Positions 30,558 through 40,549 of a stretch of DNA of 64,000 nt are shown piece by piece (within the stretch, counting starts at the first letter, position 1; each line of letters starts with the position of its first letter). The notes under the pieces were generated by a model that was given only the letters and a program-made list of their open reading frames with translations, made no database searches and was not told the origin of the DNA. This DNA comes from Spirochaetia bacterium (GTDB taxonomy: Bacteria > Spirochaetota > Spirochaetia > SP-2023). The DNA lies in NCBI GenBank assembly GCA_965263295.1, contig OZ253665.1, positions 2,240,001 through 2,304,000 of the forward strand, read 5' to 3'. The position numbers and the translations under genes are program-made.

Positions 30558-31574
30558 TCAAGGTTCTTGCGGCAGGGGCAGTTTTTGCGTCAGGCAAAAT
30601 ATTTCATAGGCGTTCAGTGCCGCGCCGCGCAGCAGTTGGTCCCCTGAGACGAAGAAATCCAGCCCAGACTTGCCGTAGATCAGACTGTGGCGCAAACGGC
30701 CGGCCTCGACATCGTAGTGGTTGGAGCTGGAGAGCGGCATTGGATAGTGCTTGGCTTGCGGTTCATCGAGCAGTTTGAGGCCGGAGGAACTGCGCCACAG
30801 CTCGCGCACGGCATCCAGCCCGGCTGCGCGCTTCAGCTTTACCGTGATGGCTGCGGCGTGGGAGCGCAGTGTGGGCACGCGCACACATGTGGCGGCGACG
30901 GGCAATTGTGGCCGGCCCAGAACCTTGCGCAACTCCCAGGTCGCTTTCATTTCTTCCTTGGTGTAGCCGTTGCCTTGGAAGGCATCGATATGTGGGACGA
31001 CGTTGTATGCCAGGTTGTGATTGAAAAATGCACTGTCGTCGTCGCTTCCGTAGGAAGTAAAGGTTTGGACTTTTTGCTGCAGCTCTGCCATGGCCGCAGC
31101 ACCGGCACCGCTGGCTGCCTGGTAGGTCGCTAGCTGTACATGCTCTAGGCCAAAGGTCTGTTCGAGCGGAGCCAAAGCCATTAAGGCAATGGCGCTGGAA
31201 CAGTTGGGGTTGGCAAGCAGCTTTTCGCCCCGGTAACTGCTGCCGTTGATTGCAGGCACGAGCAGGGGGACGTCGGCTTCGCAGCGCAGGGCGGACGAAT
31301 TGTCGATGACGATAGACCCTTGCGCAGCCAGGGCACGGGCATGTGCTTGGGAAAAATCTGCCGAAGCGCACAGAAAAACCACCGTTGCGCCATTCAGGTT
31401 TTCGCGCTGGAACTCCGCCACGCTTAGTTCCTGCCCTTTGTAGCTGCGCGTGCTGCCCGCCGAACGAGCCGAGCCGTGCAGGCTCAGCTCAATATCCTGG
31501 CGGGCATGGCGCTCAAAGAGCGCTAGCAGAGTGGTGCCCACGGCACCGCTGACTCCGACGATGGCGACTTTCAT
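30558..31574 (-). CDS. asd: Aspartate-semialdehyde dehydrogenase
   Basis: VAIVGVSGAVG, IDNSSA, ANPNCS, TYQAASGAG, TCVRVP..RSH, DQLLRGAALNA. Confidence 0.95.
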   Translation of the reverse strand: MKVAIVGVSGAVGTTLLALFERHARQDIELSLHGSARSAGSTRSYKGQELSVAEFQRENLNGATVVFLCASADFSQAHARALAAQGSIVIDNSSALRCEADVPLLVPAINGSSYRGEKLLANPNCSSAIALMALAPLEQTFGLEHVQLATYQAASGAGAAAMAELQQKVQTFTSYGSDDDSAFFNHNLAYNVVPHIDAFQGNGYTKEEMKATWELRKVLGRPQLPVAATCVRVPTLRSHAAAITVKLKRAAGLDAVRELWRSSSGLKLLDEPQAKHYPMPLSSSNHYDVEAGRLRHSLIYGKSGLDFFVSGDQLLRGAALNAYEIFCLTQKLPLPQEP

Positions 31575-31610
31575 ATGACTGCTGTCGTTTTGTTTTGTGG
31601 TGGTCTCGGC

Positions 31611-32102
31611 CTACTTCAGTGCGGCGAGAGCGGCCTCGTAGTTGGGCTCCTGAGTGATTTCGGCTACCAGCTCGGTATAAATGACTTGGGCATCTTTGAC
31701 GATGATCACGGCGCGGGCATAGAGGCCTGCCATGGGGCCGGCGGCAATTTCGACGCCATAGTCAGAACCAAAACTGCTATTGCGAAAGCCAGAAGCGGTG
31801 GCAATTTTATCAATGCCCTTTTCTTTGCAGAAGCGACTCTGGGCGAAGGGCAGGTCCTTGCTGATGCAAACAATTTGCACATCCGCGAGCGAGGCGGCTT
31901 CTTTGTTGAACCGCTCCGTGGACATGGCACAAACGCCAGTGTCAATACTGGGGTAGATATTTAGGATGATTGTACCTGTCTGCTCGGAAAGCTTCCAGTC
32001 GCCTAGGTCCCCTTTGACCATTACGAAATCCTTGGCGCCAGTGCCGACTGCGGGGAAATTGCCCTTGAGCGGAACTTCAATACCTTGAAACTTGGTGGAC
32101 AT
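31611..32102 (-). CDS. tpx: Thiol peroxidase (atypical 2-Cys peroxiredoxin)
   Basis: PSIDTGVC, SKDLPFAQSRFC, EPNYEAAL; GGAGG RBS before ATG 32102. Confidence 0.94.
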   Translation of the reverse strand: MSTKFQGIEVPLKGNFPAVGTGAKDFVMVKGDLGDWKLSEQTGTIILNIYPSIDTGVCAMSTERFNKEAASLADVQIVCISKDLPFAQSRFCKEKGIDKIATASGFRNSSFGSDYGVEIAAGPMAGLYARAVIIVKDAQVIYTELVAEITQEPNYEAALAALK

Positions 32103-32207
32103 AAGACCTCCTGATGTATTAGATTTCCTGCAAAAATACTCTACTTGATTTTGATAGTCAAGAATTTTGGCGGACAATCAGTTTAATTCCTTGAATTCGA
32201 TAGAAAA

Positions 32208-33260
32208 TTAGCTTGGAAACAATAACTCAATCATCGCTGCAGCCACTGGACGAGGCTGGCCCGTGGCAGGGTATTCGTGGAAGTACAGAACCGGATTAAA
32301 ATTGGCCTCAATGATGGCGTGTTCGCCCCGTTTTGCGGCGGAGCTGATATCCACGCTTATGACATCAACGCCGCAAACTTTTGCGCCCAAAGTGGCGGCG
32401 CACCGCTCGGCCAGCGTTTTATAGTCGGGATGGGCGGCCTCGGTCATGTCGATGCTGTCGCCACCCGTGCTGATATTGGAGTTATACCGCAGGAATATTT
32501 GCCTTCCAGGCTGCGGTACACTTTCTGGGCTCAGGCCCTGATCACGCAGCACTTCGCGTTCAGTTTGGTTTAATTCTATGGTCTCCAGTGGGCTGATGTG
32601 CCGGCCTTGCGGGCCCACGCGCCAAGGGTCGCGGTTTTTTTGCGCCACCAGTTCGGCAATATTGCGTTGGCCGTCGCCCGTCACATTTGCCGGGATGCGC
32701 TGCAGCACGGCCTGCAATTTGCCGTCGATCACCAGAAAGCGGTATTCCTTGCCGGGAATAAACTCTTCTACCAGTACATTATTGTCGTGGGAGAAGGCCA
32801 GCTCAAGTGCGCGGCGATATGCGGCCTCGCCACTGTTTTTTCTCAGGCGACTAATACCGAGGCCGTAGTTGGTTGAATTGGGTTTGACGATGCAATCTCG
32901 CCCGTTCCAGGCGCTGTAATCAGCAAGGGCCTGCTCCAGGTTGGGGTAGTCGCGGCCCGCAGGGACCCGCAGACCCGCTTCGGCCAGGAGGAGCTTGGTC
33001 ACCTTTTTTAGACCCATGATTTCCGTACAAACATAAGAGTCGGCACGGCTTTTGGTGCCCTGCACGACAATTTCACTGCGCCCGCTCGCGGGCTCTTTTA
33101 TCCGCACGGTATTGCTACTGCGATCCAGCACTTCAATGTCAAGGCCACGCGCTTGTGCGGCCTTGATTAAAGCCTGAGTGGAGAGCTCTAGGTCGCGATA
33201 TTCTTTTAAGCCAAAAGGAAATCGCGAATCAAAAGGAGATTTCTGGGGATATTGATCCAT
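32208..33260 (-). CDS. Stand-alone ATP-grasp glutathione-synthetase domain of GshF/GshAB type
   Basis: DLELSTQ, KKVTKLLL, IVKPNSTNYGLGI, EYRFLV, PANVTGDG, NSNISTGGDSIDMT, IIEANFNP; AAGGA RBS before ATG 33260. Confidence 0.85.
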   Translation of the reverse strand: MDQYPQKSPFDSRFPFGLKEYRDLELSTQALIKAAQARGLDIEVLDRSSNTVRIKEPASGRSEIVVQGTKSRADSYVCTEIMGLKKVTKLLLAEAGLRVPAGRDYPNLEQALADYSAWNGRDCIVKPNSTNYGLGISRLRKNSGEAAYRRALELAFSHDNNVLVEEFIPGKEYRFLVIDGKLQAVLQRIPANVTGDGQRNIAELVAQKNRDPWRVGPQGRHISPLETIELNQTEREVLRDQGLSPESVPQPGRQIFLRYNSNISTGGDSIDMTEAAHPDYKTLAERCAATLGAKVCGVDVISVDISSAAKRGEHAIIEANFNPVLYFHEYPATGQPRPVAAAMIELLFPS

Positions 33261-33271
33261 GGTTCTGTCCT

Positions 33272-34753
33272 TTATTTCTGCAAAGATTGCAAGAATTTCG
33301 TCCAACTCCGACTGTGGCGGAGCAGCACTGCAGGTTCTGGCGTAAACTGTTCGTGATAAATATGACCGCGAAAGTGGCGGTGCCCAAGGTCTTTTTGAGC
33401 CTGGCGGACAACCTGCGAATAAACCTGAGGGAGCCCCAGTATGGATGCCAGCTCGCCCAGTTCGTCCAACAGCATGGCAGCTTGCTCATAGAGATCGTGT
33501 GCCGGCGGCAATCTGAGCCCCTGACTGATTATATACTGCTCGCGTCTGGCACAGCGCAACAGTTCTGCAAATAGCAGGGGCGGGGAGTTGAGCAAAGTAG
33601 AATGCAGCAGCAGCAAATGGGCAAAATAGACACTCGGAAGATAAATCCCACTGTAATATTCTCGGTTAAATAGTGGGTCAATGTCTAAAATACGCAGCTC
33701 CAGGTAATCCACCAGACAGGAATGTTTGTTCCAGCATTCATTGCCGTGGGCGTGCAGCTGCTTGAGACGGAATGGGGCATACAGCTCGCGTGAGTCCTGT
33801 ATCAATCTGTCGCTATTGAGTGGAGCATGCTGGCTTAGCCGCCGAAAAAAACGGCTTTCCGTCTTGGCCATTCGTTCGACACTTTGCCAGTAGGCACAAG
33901 GGTCAGAATAGTCCAGATATTGTCGTTGCTGCTCTGGCGAGCGGTACCCGTAACCAAAGTGTGAATGCAATGAAGTCGCCCCGCGCGGCGGCGCGGCAAG
34001 GCTGTCACCGCCTTTGGCAGAGTGCTGCCCTACTTCTTGGGCGTAAAATTCAGACACATTTGGCGTACAGCCAAACAGCAGCTGAATTAACCAGTAATTG
34101 CGCCACAGGTTGCGGCCCATGTGAACGTAAGTCTCGCAGGCACAAGTGTCGACATCTTCGAACAGGCGCAAGTCCAGCGAATAGTTGTAATGCACGCCGG
34201 TCCAGCTTTGTTTTGCCTTGCCGTAGCGCAATACCAGCTGTTCGCGGTATGTTTCTTTGTATGCGGCATCGGGGTCGTCGCCGAAGTCGGCGACGCGAAT
34301 GGCCGACATATCTTTAGGGGTAAATAACGGAGGTTGCGAAAATGCCCAGAGGATTTCACCCTGCCCTTGTCGTTGTAGTTCTTCGGATACAAAACGCAGC
34401 AGCAGGGCAATATCGGCCTCGGCGCTGGCAATGTCGCCGTGCGGTACACTGACCAGTTCAATCTGCTGGTCGCTAAAATCTAGAGTCAGTGCGTGGGGCA
34501 ACAGTTCACGCAAGCGGACTTTTTCGGCTTCGCTGCCGCGCCAACGCGCGATCTGTCCAGACTGTAAGGGCTGGGCAAAAATCTGTTCGTGGCTTGTCGC
34601 CGCCGGTACGCCGCTGAGCCCATCCAGTCGGAAGGTCTCGCGCTCAAAGCCGTGCAAGCCCCGGCGCCACAATTCAGCTTTATCTGCCAAGCTTTCGCGC
34701 CAAATGCCATGGATTTTATTCTTCAAGTTCGCCTCAGAAATATACGGGGCCAA
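33272..34753 (-). CDS. gshA: Glutamate-cysteine ligase (GshA domain)
   Basis: GFERETFR, TLDFSDQQIEL, YREQLVLRYGKAKQ..TGVHYNYS, ELYAPFRLK, YLELRILDIDP. Confidence 0.85.
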   Translation of the reverse strand: MAPYISEANLKNKIHGIWRESLADKAELWRRGLHGFERETFRLDGLSGVPAATSHEQIFAQPLQSGQIARWRGSEAEKVRLRELLPHALTLDFSDQQIELVSVPHGDIASAEADIALLLRFVSEELQRQGQGEILWAFSQPPLFTPKDMSAIRVADFGDDPDAAYKETYREQLVLRYGKAKQSWTGVHYNYSLDLRLFEDVDTCACETYVHMGRNLWRNYWLIQLLFGCTPNVSEFYAQEVGQHSAKGGDSLAAPPRGATSLHSHFGYGYRSPEQQRQYLDYSDPCAYWQSVERMAKTESRFFRRLSQHAPLNSDRLIQDSRELYAPFRLKQLHAHGNECWNKHSCLVDYLELRILDIDPLFNREYYSGIYLPSVYFAHLLLLHSTLLNSPPLLFAELLRCARREQYIISQGLRLPPAHDLYEQAAMLLDELGELASILGLPQVYSQVVRQAQKDLGHRHFRGHIYHEQFTPEPAVLLRHSRSWTKFLQSLQK

Positions 34754-34914
34754 ATGTCTTGGGCGGAGGAATGGCCTGAGGGCCTCGCCGCGGGAGGATT
34801 TGCTTGGCGTTGGCCCCGGTATGACTGTGCTGCAGCACGCCGGCCAAGGGACGCAGAGGAACCCAAAGATACCAGAGGGGGCAAGGAATTTTTGTGGTCG
34901 GACTGCGCATGAGC

Positions 34915-34954
34915 TTAGTTCTTGGTTTTAGGTTTTAGTTCCTGGTTTTAGGTT
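34915..34954. repeat. 20-bp tandem duplication
   Basis: TTAGTTCTTGGTTTTAGGTT followed by TTAGTTCCTGGTTTTAGGTT. Confidence 0.8.
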
Positions 34955-34962
34955 TTGGGATT

Positions 34963-36327
34963 TTACTGGCTTTGGCGCAGACCTACGGCGTAGTAGGTAA
35001 AACCTAATTGGGCGAGGCGCTGTGTTGAGAACTGGGTGCGGCCATCAAAGAGCAGGGGCTTTTTCAGCAGCTCCTTGAGTCGCTGCCAGTCCGGACTGAG
35101 GAACTCTCGCCACTCGGTCAATAGGACGAGGGCATCGGCTCCTTTCGTCGCCTCGTAGGCCGAGGCGGCGTAGTTTAAATTGGCGCGCTGCCCGGCACTT
35201 GTGCGGCCTCTGTGTTCCAGGTAGAAATCTGTCTGTGCGCACCCCTTGGGGCAGTAAGCCGAAATCGTGGCCCCGGCCTGCAAGAGCTGCTCGATGAGCA
35301 CCAAACTGGCGGCCTCGCGCACGTCGTCGGTATCGGGCTTGAAACTCAGGCCCCAGAGGGCAAAGTGCTTGCCGCCGAGCTGGCGCGTGGCAAAGTGCTG
35401 GGTAATTCTGCCGAAGGCCCAGTTTTTCTGCTTAATATTGCGCTCTTCCACGGCTTCCAGGATGCCGGCGTTTAGACCGTGCTGCTTAAAAGTATGGCGC
35501 AGGGCGCCGACGTCCTTGGGGAAGCAACTGCCACCGTAGCCCGCCCCTGGGTAGAGGAAATTATTGCCAATGCGGCTGTCGCTGCCGATGCCCTCGCGTA
35601 TATCGTTGATGTCGGCACCGACGGCCTCGCATAACTCGGCCATTTCGTTGATAAATGAAATGCGTGTCGCCAGCATGGCATTGGCCGCGTACTTGGTCAG
35701 TTCGGCGCTGCGCAGGCTCATGCGCAACACCCGTTCTTTCGGGTTGCGATAGACCATTGGGCGATACAGTTCTGTCATGATGTCCAAGGCGTCTGGGTCA
35801 TCGCAACCCAGCACCACGCGGTCGGGGCTGGAGAAGTCGCTGATGGCCCTACCTTCTTTAAGGAATTCCGGGTTGCTGACTACGCTGAAAGGTATATCGG
35901 CCCCCCGTTTTTCCAACTCCGCGGCGATTAGTTCCCGCACCTTGTCGCCCGTGCCGACGGGCACGGTCGACTTGTTCACAACGATTAAGGGTTTGTTCAT
36001 ATCCTGGCCGATTTGCCGGGCCACGGCGTGGACCGCACTTAGGTCCGCAGCCCCGCCCTCGCCCATCGGTGTGCCTACGGCGATAAATACGATGTCTAAT
36101 TTGTCGATTACTTCTGCCAGGGCGCCGTGGAAACTTAAAGTGCCCTGGCGGGCGTTGTCGCGCAACAAGCCTTCCAGGCCGGGCTCGTAAATGGGCACAC
36201 GGCCTTTTTTTAACGCGTCAATGCGTTCTGGGCTGTGGTCGACGCAGTAAACGCGGTTGCCGATATTGGCAAAGCAGGTGGCGGATACCAGGCCGACGTA
36301 GCCGCTTCCGATCATGGCAATTTCCAT
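34963..36327 (-). CDS. ugd: UDP-glucose 6-dehydrogenase
   Basis: GSGYVGL, IAVGTP, KSTVPVGT, SNPEFLKEG, GYGGSCFPKD, GLSFKPDTDD. Confidence 0.94.
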   Translation of the reverse strand: MEIAMIGSGYVGLVSATCFANIGNRVYCVDHSPERIDALKKGRVPIYEPGLEGLLRDNARQGTLSFHGALAEVIDKLDIVFIAVGTPMGEGGAADLSAVHAVARQIGQDMNKPLIVVNKSTVPVGTGDKVRELIAAELEKRGADIPFSVVSNPEFLKEGRAISDFSSPDRVVLGCDDPDALDIMTELYRPMVYRNPKERVLRMSLRSAELTKYAANAMLATRISFINEMAELCEAVGADINDIREGIGSDSRIGNNFLYPGAGYGGSCFPKDVGALRHTFKQHGLNAGILEAVEERNIKQKNWAFGRITQHFATRQLGGKHFALWGLSFKPDTDDVREAASLVLIEQLLQAGATISAYCPKGCAQTDFYLEHRGRTSAGQRANLNYAASAYEATKGADALVLLTEWREFLSPDWQRLKELLKKPLLFDGRTQFSTQRLAQLGFTYYAVGLRQSQ

Positions 36328-36392
36328 AGGGGACCTCGGGGACCTCAGCGTTTAATTTTTGGTTAATTTTCAGTTTAGTCGAGCTAAGCTGT

Positions 36393-37502
36393 TTAGCAGT
36401 TGGCAATGATAGCGGAAATTACCTGCTCCGTGTCCGCCTCGCTCAGGTAGGCGTGCATCGGAATGGTAACGACGCTGCGGGAAATTTGTTCGGCGACGGG
36501 AAAGTCGCCCGCGCGGTAGCCGAGTTCGCTGACGGCCTGCTGGGTGTGCAGGCAGGGAAAATGCAGGCCGTAGGGGATGCGAGCTTTGTCCAGGGCGGGC
36601 AGTAGGGCTTCGCGTCGCTCGACCAAAATCGGAAAGTAGCCGTGGGCCGATTCATTTTCCGGCGAAACTTCGAGTAGCCCGACTTTGCCGCGCAATCTGC
36701 TGAAATAATGTGCGGCTATTTCCTGTTTCTTTTGCTGCTCAGCTTCCAGCAATTCCAATTTGGCCAGCAATACAGCGGCCTGAATGGTGTCGAGGCGGCT
36801 ATTGACGCCGATTTCCTTGTGCCGGTAGCGGCCGTCCTGGCCATGGTGGCAGATACGGCGGATTTTGTCGGCCAGTCCGGCATTATTTTTGCGCACAAAC
36901 ACCATGCCGCCGTCGCCGTAGCAGCCCAGGGGTTTGGCCGGGAAAAAGCTGGTCGTGGCCAGGTCGGTCAGGCTGCCGGAGCGCCGGCCGCAATGTCGAG
37001 CGCCAAAGCTTTCCGCGCCGTCTTCAAGCACGGGAATTTTATATTTTGCGGCGATGCGATTGATGGCCGTGTAGTTGGCGCACTGGCCATACAGGCTGAC
37101 AGGGAGTATCAATTGGGTCTTGGAGCTGATGGCCGCTTCCAGCTTTTGGGGGTCGAGGTTGCCGGTTGTTGCCTCGACATCGACAAAGACAAGCTTCAAG
37201 CCTAGGAGTGCGGGAACTTCTACTGTCGCCATAAAGCTGAGCGGCGTGGTGATGACTTCGGCGCCAGGTTCCAGGCCCAAGGCCATACAGGCGACTTGAA
37301 TGGCGTCGGTGCCGTTGGCGCAGCCGACGGCCCGAACGGTATCGTCGAGAAAATTTTCCAGCCGTCGTTCCAATTCGCGCACTTCTGGGCCGTCGATATA
37401 TTGGCCGTGTTGGAACACTTGTTGGATTTTTTGTTCTAATAAATCGCGGATCTGCTGCCGTTGGCTCTTCAAGTCGATAAATTCCATGGCCTGAATTGTC
37501 AA
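36393..37502 (-). CDS. DegT/DnrJ/EryC1/StrS nucleotide-sugar aminotransferase (WbpE-like)
   Basis: MEFIDLK, ANGTDA, SFFPAKPLGCYGDGG (PLP Lys), NSRLDTIQAA; start may be ATG 37487. Confidence 0.92.
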   Translation of the reverse strand: MTIQAMEFIDLKSQRQQIRDLLEQKIQQVFQHGQYIDGPEVRELERRLENFLDDTVRAVGCANGTDAIQVACMALGLEPGAEVITTPLSFMATVEVPALLGLKLVFVDVEATTGNLDPQKLEAAISSKTQLILPVSLYGQCANYTAINRIAAKYKIPVLEDGAESFGARHCGRRSGSLTDLATTSFFPAKPLGCYGDGGMVFVRKNNAGLADKIRRICHHGQDGRYRHKEIGVNSRLDTIQAAVLLAKLELLEAEQQKKQEIAAHYFSRLRGKVGLLEVSPENESAHGYFPILVERREALLPALDKARIPYGLHFPCLHTQQAVSELGYRAGDFPVAEQISRSVVTIPMHAYLSEADTEQVISAIIANC

Positions 37503-37845
37503 GGGGAAGCGGCTCTTTGTCTAGTACTCTATTTACGGGATTTGGGATGAATCTAATTCAAGGGTTTTTCAGGTATCTTTGATTCTGCTGAAATCTAAAG
37601 ATTCAAGCCATTTGTCCGTCGCCAACTTTGTGCCAGCTTGAAATATGGGGTAAAGTCGCGGCAGCTGGAGTGAAGCTCTGCGCGCCAGTGCCCGGCTATT
37701 TTGTGCGCCCGTTGTCACATCAGAATTTCTGGCGGCAAAGCCGTAAAATTGGGCATTGAGCTTTTGCAAGCAACGGGCTAAAATGCTTGCGAATTATTGG
37801 AATTATTGAAGCATAGCGACATTTATACTTCGTCCTCATGATTTT

Positions 37846-38826
37846 ATGCCCGACGCTCTATTGGCTCCCATAGTCTTATTTTGTTACAAGCGCCAGCGCC
37901 ACCTGGAAGCGACCCTGGAGTCGCTGGCCGGTGGCGCCCTGGCCGCTCAGAGCACCCTCTACATTTATGCGGATGGCCCGCGCAAGGATATCCGCGACCG
38001 CCAGCGGGAGCTGGCAGAGGTAGAGGCCGTACGCGACTTTATACGCCAACCGCGTTGGCGAGAGAGCTTTGGGCATTTGGAGCTGTTTGAGGCGGAAACC
38101 AATCGCGGCCTGGCCCCGATGGTCATCCACGGCGTGAGCGAGGTCATCCGGCGTCATGGCCGCATTATCGTTGTCGAGGACGACGTCGTGGTGGGCCCAT
38201 ATTTCCTGGAATTTATGAATGAAGCGCTGGAACTTTATCGGGATGAAGCTGGGGTCGGCTCCGTGCGCGCCCATGCATTTGACTTGCCCGACGTGCCTGA
38301 GCTATATTTTGCCCAGATGAACGGAGACTTCGCTTGGGGGACTTGGCGGCGGGTTTGGCAAAATGTCAGTTTTGACGGCGCCCTGCTTCTGGCCGAATTA
38401 AAGCGGAGCCGACGGATCGCAGCTTTTGACTATGACCGCTGCTACCCATATACACAGATGTTGCGCGACCAGATCGCCGGGCGCAATAGTTCCTGGGGGG
38501 TGCGCTTTTATGCTTCAATGTTTTTAAATGGCCAGTTGACCTTGTATCCGGGCAAATCACTGGCGTCCCACATGGGCTATGACACGGGAACGCATTTCAG
38601 CGGGGGAGTCTGGAGCCCTTTGGATGCGACGCTGTTTAAAGGGCGAGTAACCGTGCGCCGGCTCCCCGTAATGGAGTCCGCGAGCGCACGCGAGCAGATG
38701 AAGCAGCTTTGGCGGCAACAAGGCTTTGCCTCATTCCGTCTGCCCAAGCGGGTCCTCAAAAGTATTTTGCCGCATCGCTGGTTGTGCCTGTTGCAACGCC
38801 ACTACAAGCGTAGAATTGTAAAGTAA
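37846..38826 (+). CDS. Glycosyltransferase, GT-A fold
   Basis: LAPIVLFCYKR, YIYADGP, IIVVEDD, WGTW, NSSWGVR. Confidence 0.87.
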   Translation: MPDALLAPIVLFCYKRQRHLEATLESLAGGALAAQSTLYIYADGPRKDIRDRQRELAEVEAVRDFIRQPRWRESFGHLELFEAETNRGLAPMVIHGVSEVIRRHGRIIVVEDDVVVGPYFLEFMNEALELYRDEAGVGSVRAHAFDLPDVPELYFAQMNGDFAWGTWRRVWQNVSFDGALLLAELKRSRRIAAFDYDRCYPYTQMLRDQIAGRNSSWGVRFYASMFLNGQLTLYPGKSLASHMGYDTGTHFSGGVWSPLDATLFKGRVTVRRLPVMESASAREQMKQLWRQQGFASFRLPKRVLKSILPHRWLCLLQRHYKRRIVK

Positions 38827-38919
38827 TTTATTTTTAAGTAGAATATTAGGATTTTCTTCTCGCCGGCGCCGGATACCTTGTGACGCCTGAGAGAAGCCCT
38901 CTGTTCAGGAAAAAACATA

Positions 38920-40446
38920 GTGCCCAAGATTTCCTTTTTGATTCCGGCCTACAATTATGAACAGTATCTCGCCCGCTGTGTCGACAGTGTTTTAGCCCAG
39001 ACCGATCCCGACTGGGACTTGCTGCTAGTCGATGACTGCAGCACGGACGGTACTTGGGCTCTTTGCGCGCGCTATGCGGCAGCAAATCCGCGGATTCGGG
39101 CGGTGAGCTTGCAACAGAACCTGGGCCAGTATCAGATCATTAACCAATACAGCGGAAACTTGCGCGGTGAATACGCTTGTGTTTTGGATGCGGACGACTA
39201 CCTGGCGCCAGCCTATGTGGCGCAGATGTATGCCCGTGCCAAAGGGGGCGATTTTGACGTATTGATGTGCCTGCATCGCAATATTGCCGCTAACCGGAGC
39301 TTGTTTGTCTACAATTATGGGCCAATGATCCACTCGCGGGGGCAACGGGATCAACTGCTGCGCGACCTGCTCTACCTGGAGTATTTTATCATTGATTGTG
39401 GTACTTTGGTGCGGACTCGCTTGCGGCGGCAAATTTATGAGCACTTGCCCAAAATCTCTTTGTATGCCGCCACGGATGACATGCAGGCCCTGTTCCTGGC
39501 CCGGCACGCCCGCAATCTCGGTGTGCTGAAAAAACCTCTGTACTACCACAATCAGGAAAGTGCGGGAACCTGGCGCAACAAGAGCGAGAATTTCCGCCTG
39601 CGGAAAATTTCGTCGGCCCTGAGCAGCTTGCAGATGGTCTATCATCTGGCAAACAACGATGCGGAGCTGAGGGACTTGCCCCTGGATGGCCTGCCCATGG
39701 TGCAGAATATCCGTGCTAAAATTCTGGAAACCTTGGGGGGGCTAAGCCTCAGCGAGCGCGGGAACTTCTATCGCAAACTTATGGCTTTTTTGGCAAAGCA
39801 GGATTTACCTTTTCGCTTCAGTGGGCTGAGTTTCCTGGGCCTAGAGTTGCATTTGCATTCGCACTTGCACTTGCAATCGCGAATACCGGCAGCTCACAGC
39901 GAAAATGCGCCAGCAGTTGAGCGGGGCTGGACGCCTGCGGAATTGGCCAGGGCCAGGATCAAGCAATACCTGCGCACACTAAAGTATTTTTTGCCCAAAG
40001 CTTGCTTGCGTCACTGGCAGGATAAAAAAGTCGTCCAGGGTCTGTTGCCTCAAGACTTGTTTTCCGGCTCGTTCCCTCAAATGAATCTTCAAGCGGCTCT
40101 TCAAGTGGCCGGTCCGGGAGAAGAAAGTGCTGGGGCCGCAAAATCCCCTGAGACCGAATTCCCTGAGACCGATGCGGCCGGGTCCGCGCGCGATGATGCA
40201 CAGGTCGCGCAAATTGCAGAACACTGTGCCCGCCTGTTTGAGCTTTGGCTGCAGGCCGCACTGCCGCCGGAGCAGTTGGCGCAGAGCCTGGTCACCGAGT
40301 TGCTGCCGGCGGGAGAGGCCCTGTTGCTGCAGGCCGCAGAAGGGGCGGAAGACTATGGTTTCGCCCCTTCCGATCGATATTTGCTCATCGCGCTCGCCCG
40401 CGGGGCGGGGAGTTCAGGCGCCAGATATTCGCCGAAGTCTTCGTAA
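38920..40446 (+). CDS. GT2 glycosyltransferase with long C-terminal extension
   Basis: ISFLIPAYN..YLARCVDSVLAQT, VDDCSTDGT, LDADD. Confidence 0.87.
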   Translation: MPKISFLIPAYNYEQYLARCVDSVLAQTDPDWDLLLVDDCSTDGTWALCARYAAANPRIRAVSLQQNLGQYQIINQYSGNLRGEYACVLDADDYLAPAYVAQMYARAKGGDFDVLMCLHRNIAANRSLFVYNYGPMIHSRGQRDQLLRDLLYLEYFIIDCGTLVRTRLRRQIYEHLPKISLYAATDDMQALFLARHARNLGVLKKPLYYHNQESAGTWRNKSENFRLRKISSALSSLQMVYHLANNDAELRDLPLDGLPMVQNIRAKILETLGGLSLSERGNFYRKLMAFLAKQDLPFRFSGLSFLGLELHLHSHLHLQSRIPAAHSENAPAVERGWTPAELARARIKQYLRTLKYFLPKACLRHWQDKKVVQGLLPQDLFSGSFPQMNLQAALQVAGPGEESAGAAKSPETEFPETDAAGSARDDAQVAQIAEHCARLFELWLQAALPPEQLAQSLVTELLPAGEALLLQAAEGAEDYGFAPSDRYLLIALARGAGSSGARYSPKSS

Positions 40447-40549
40447 CTGAATGTATTGCTGGCGCTAATGACTCGCTCGTTCGCCCCGATAGCTGACAAA
40501 ATTTTTGCAATCTGTACAATGTCTTGCCAGACATAAGGAGTGACGCCAC

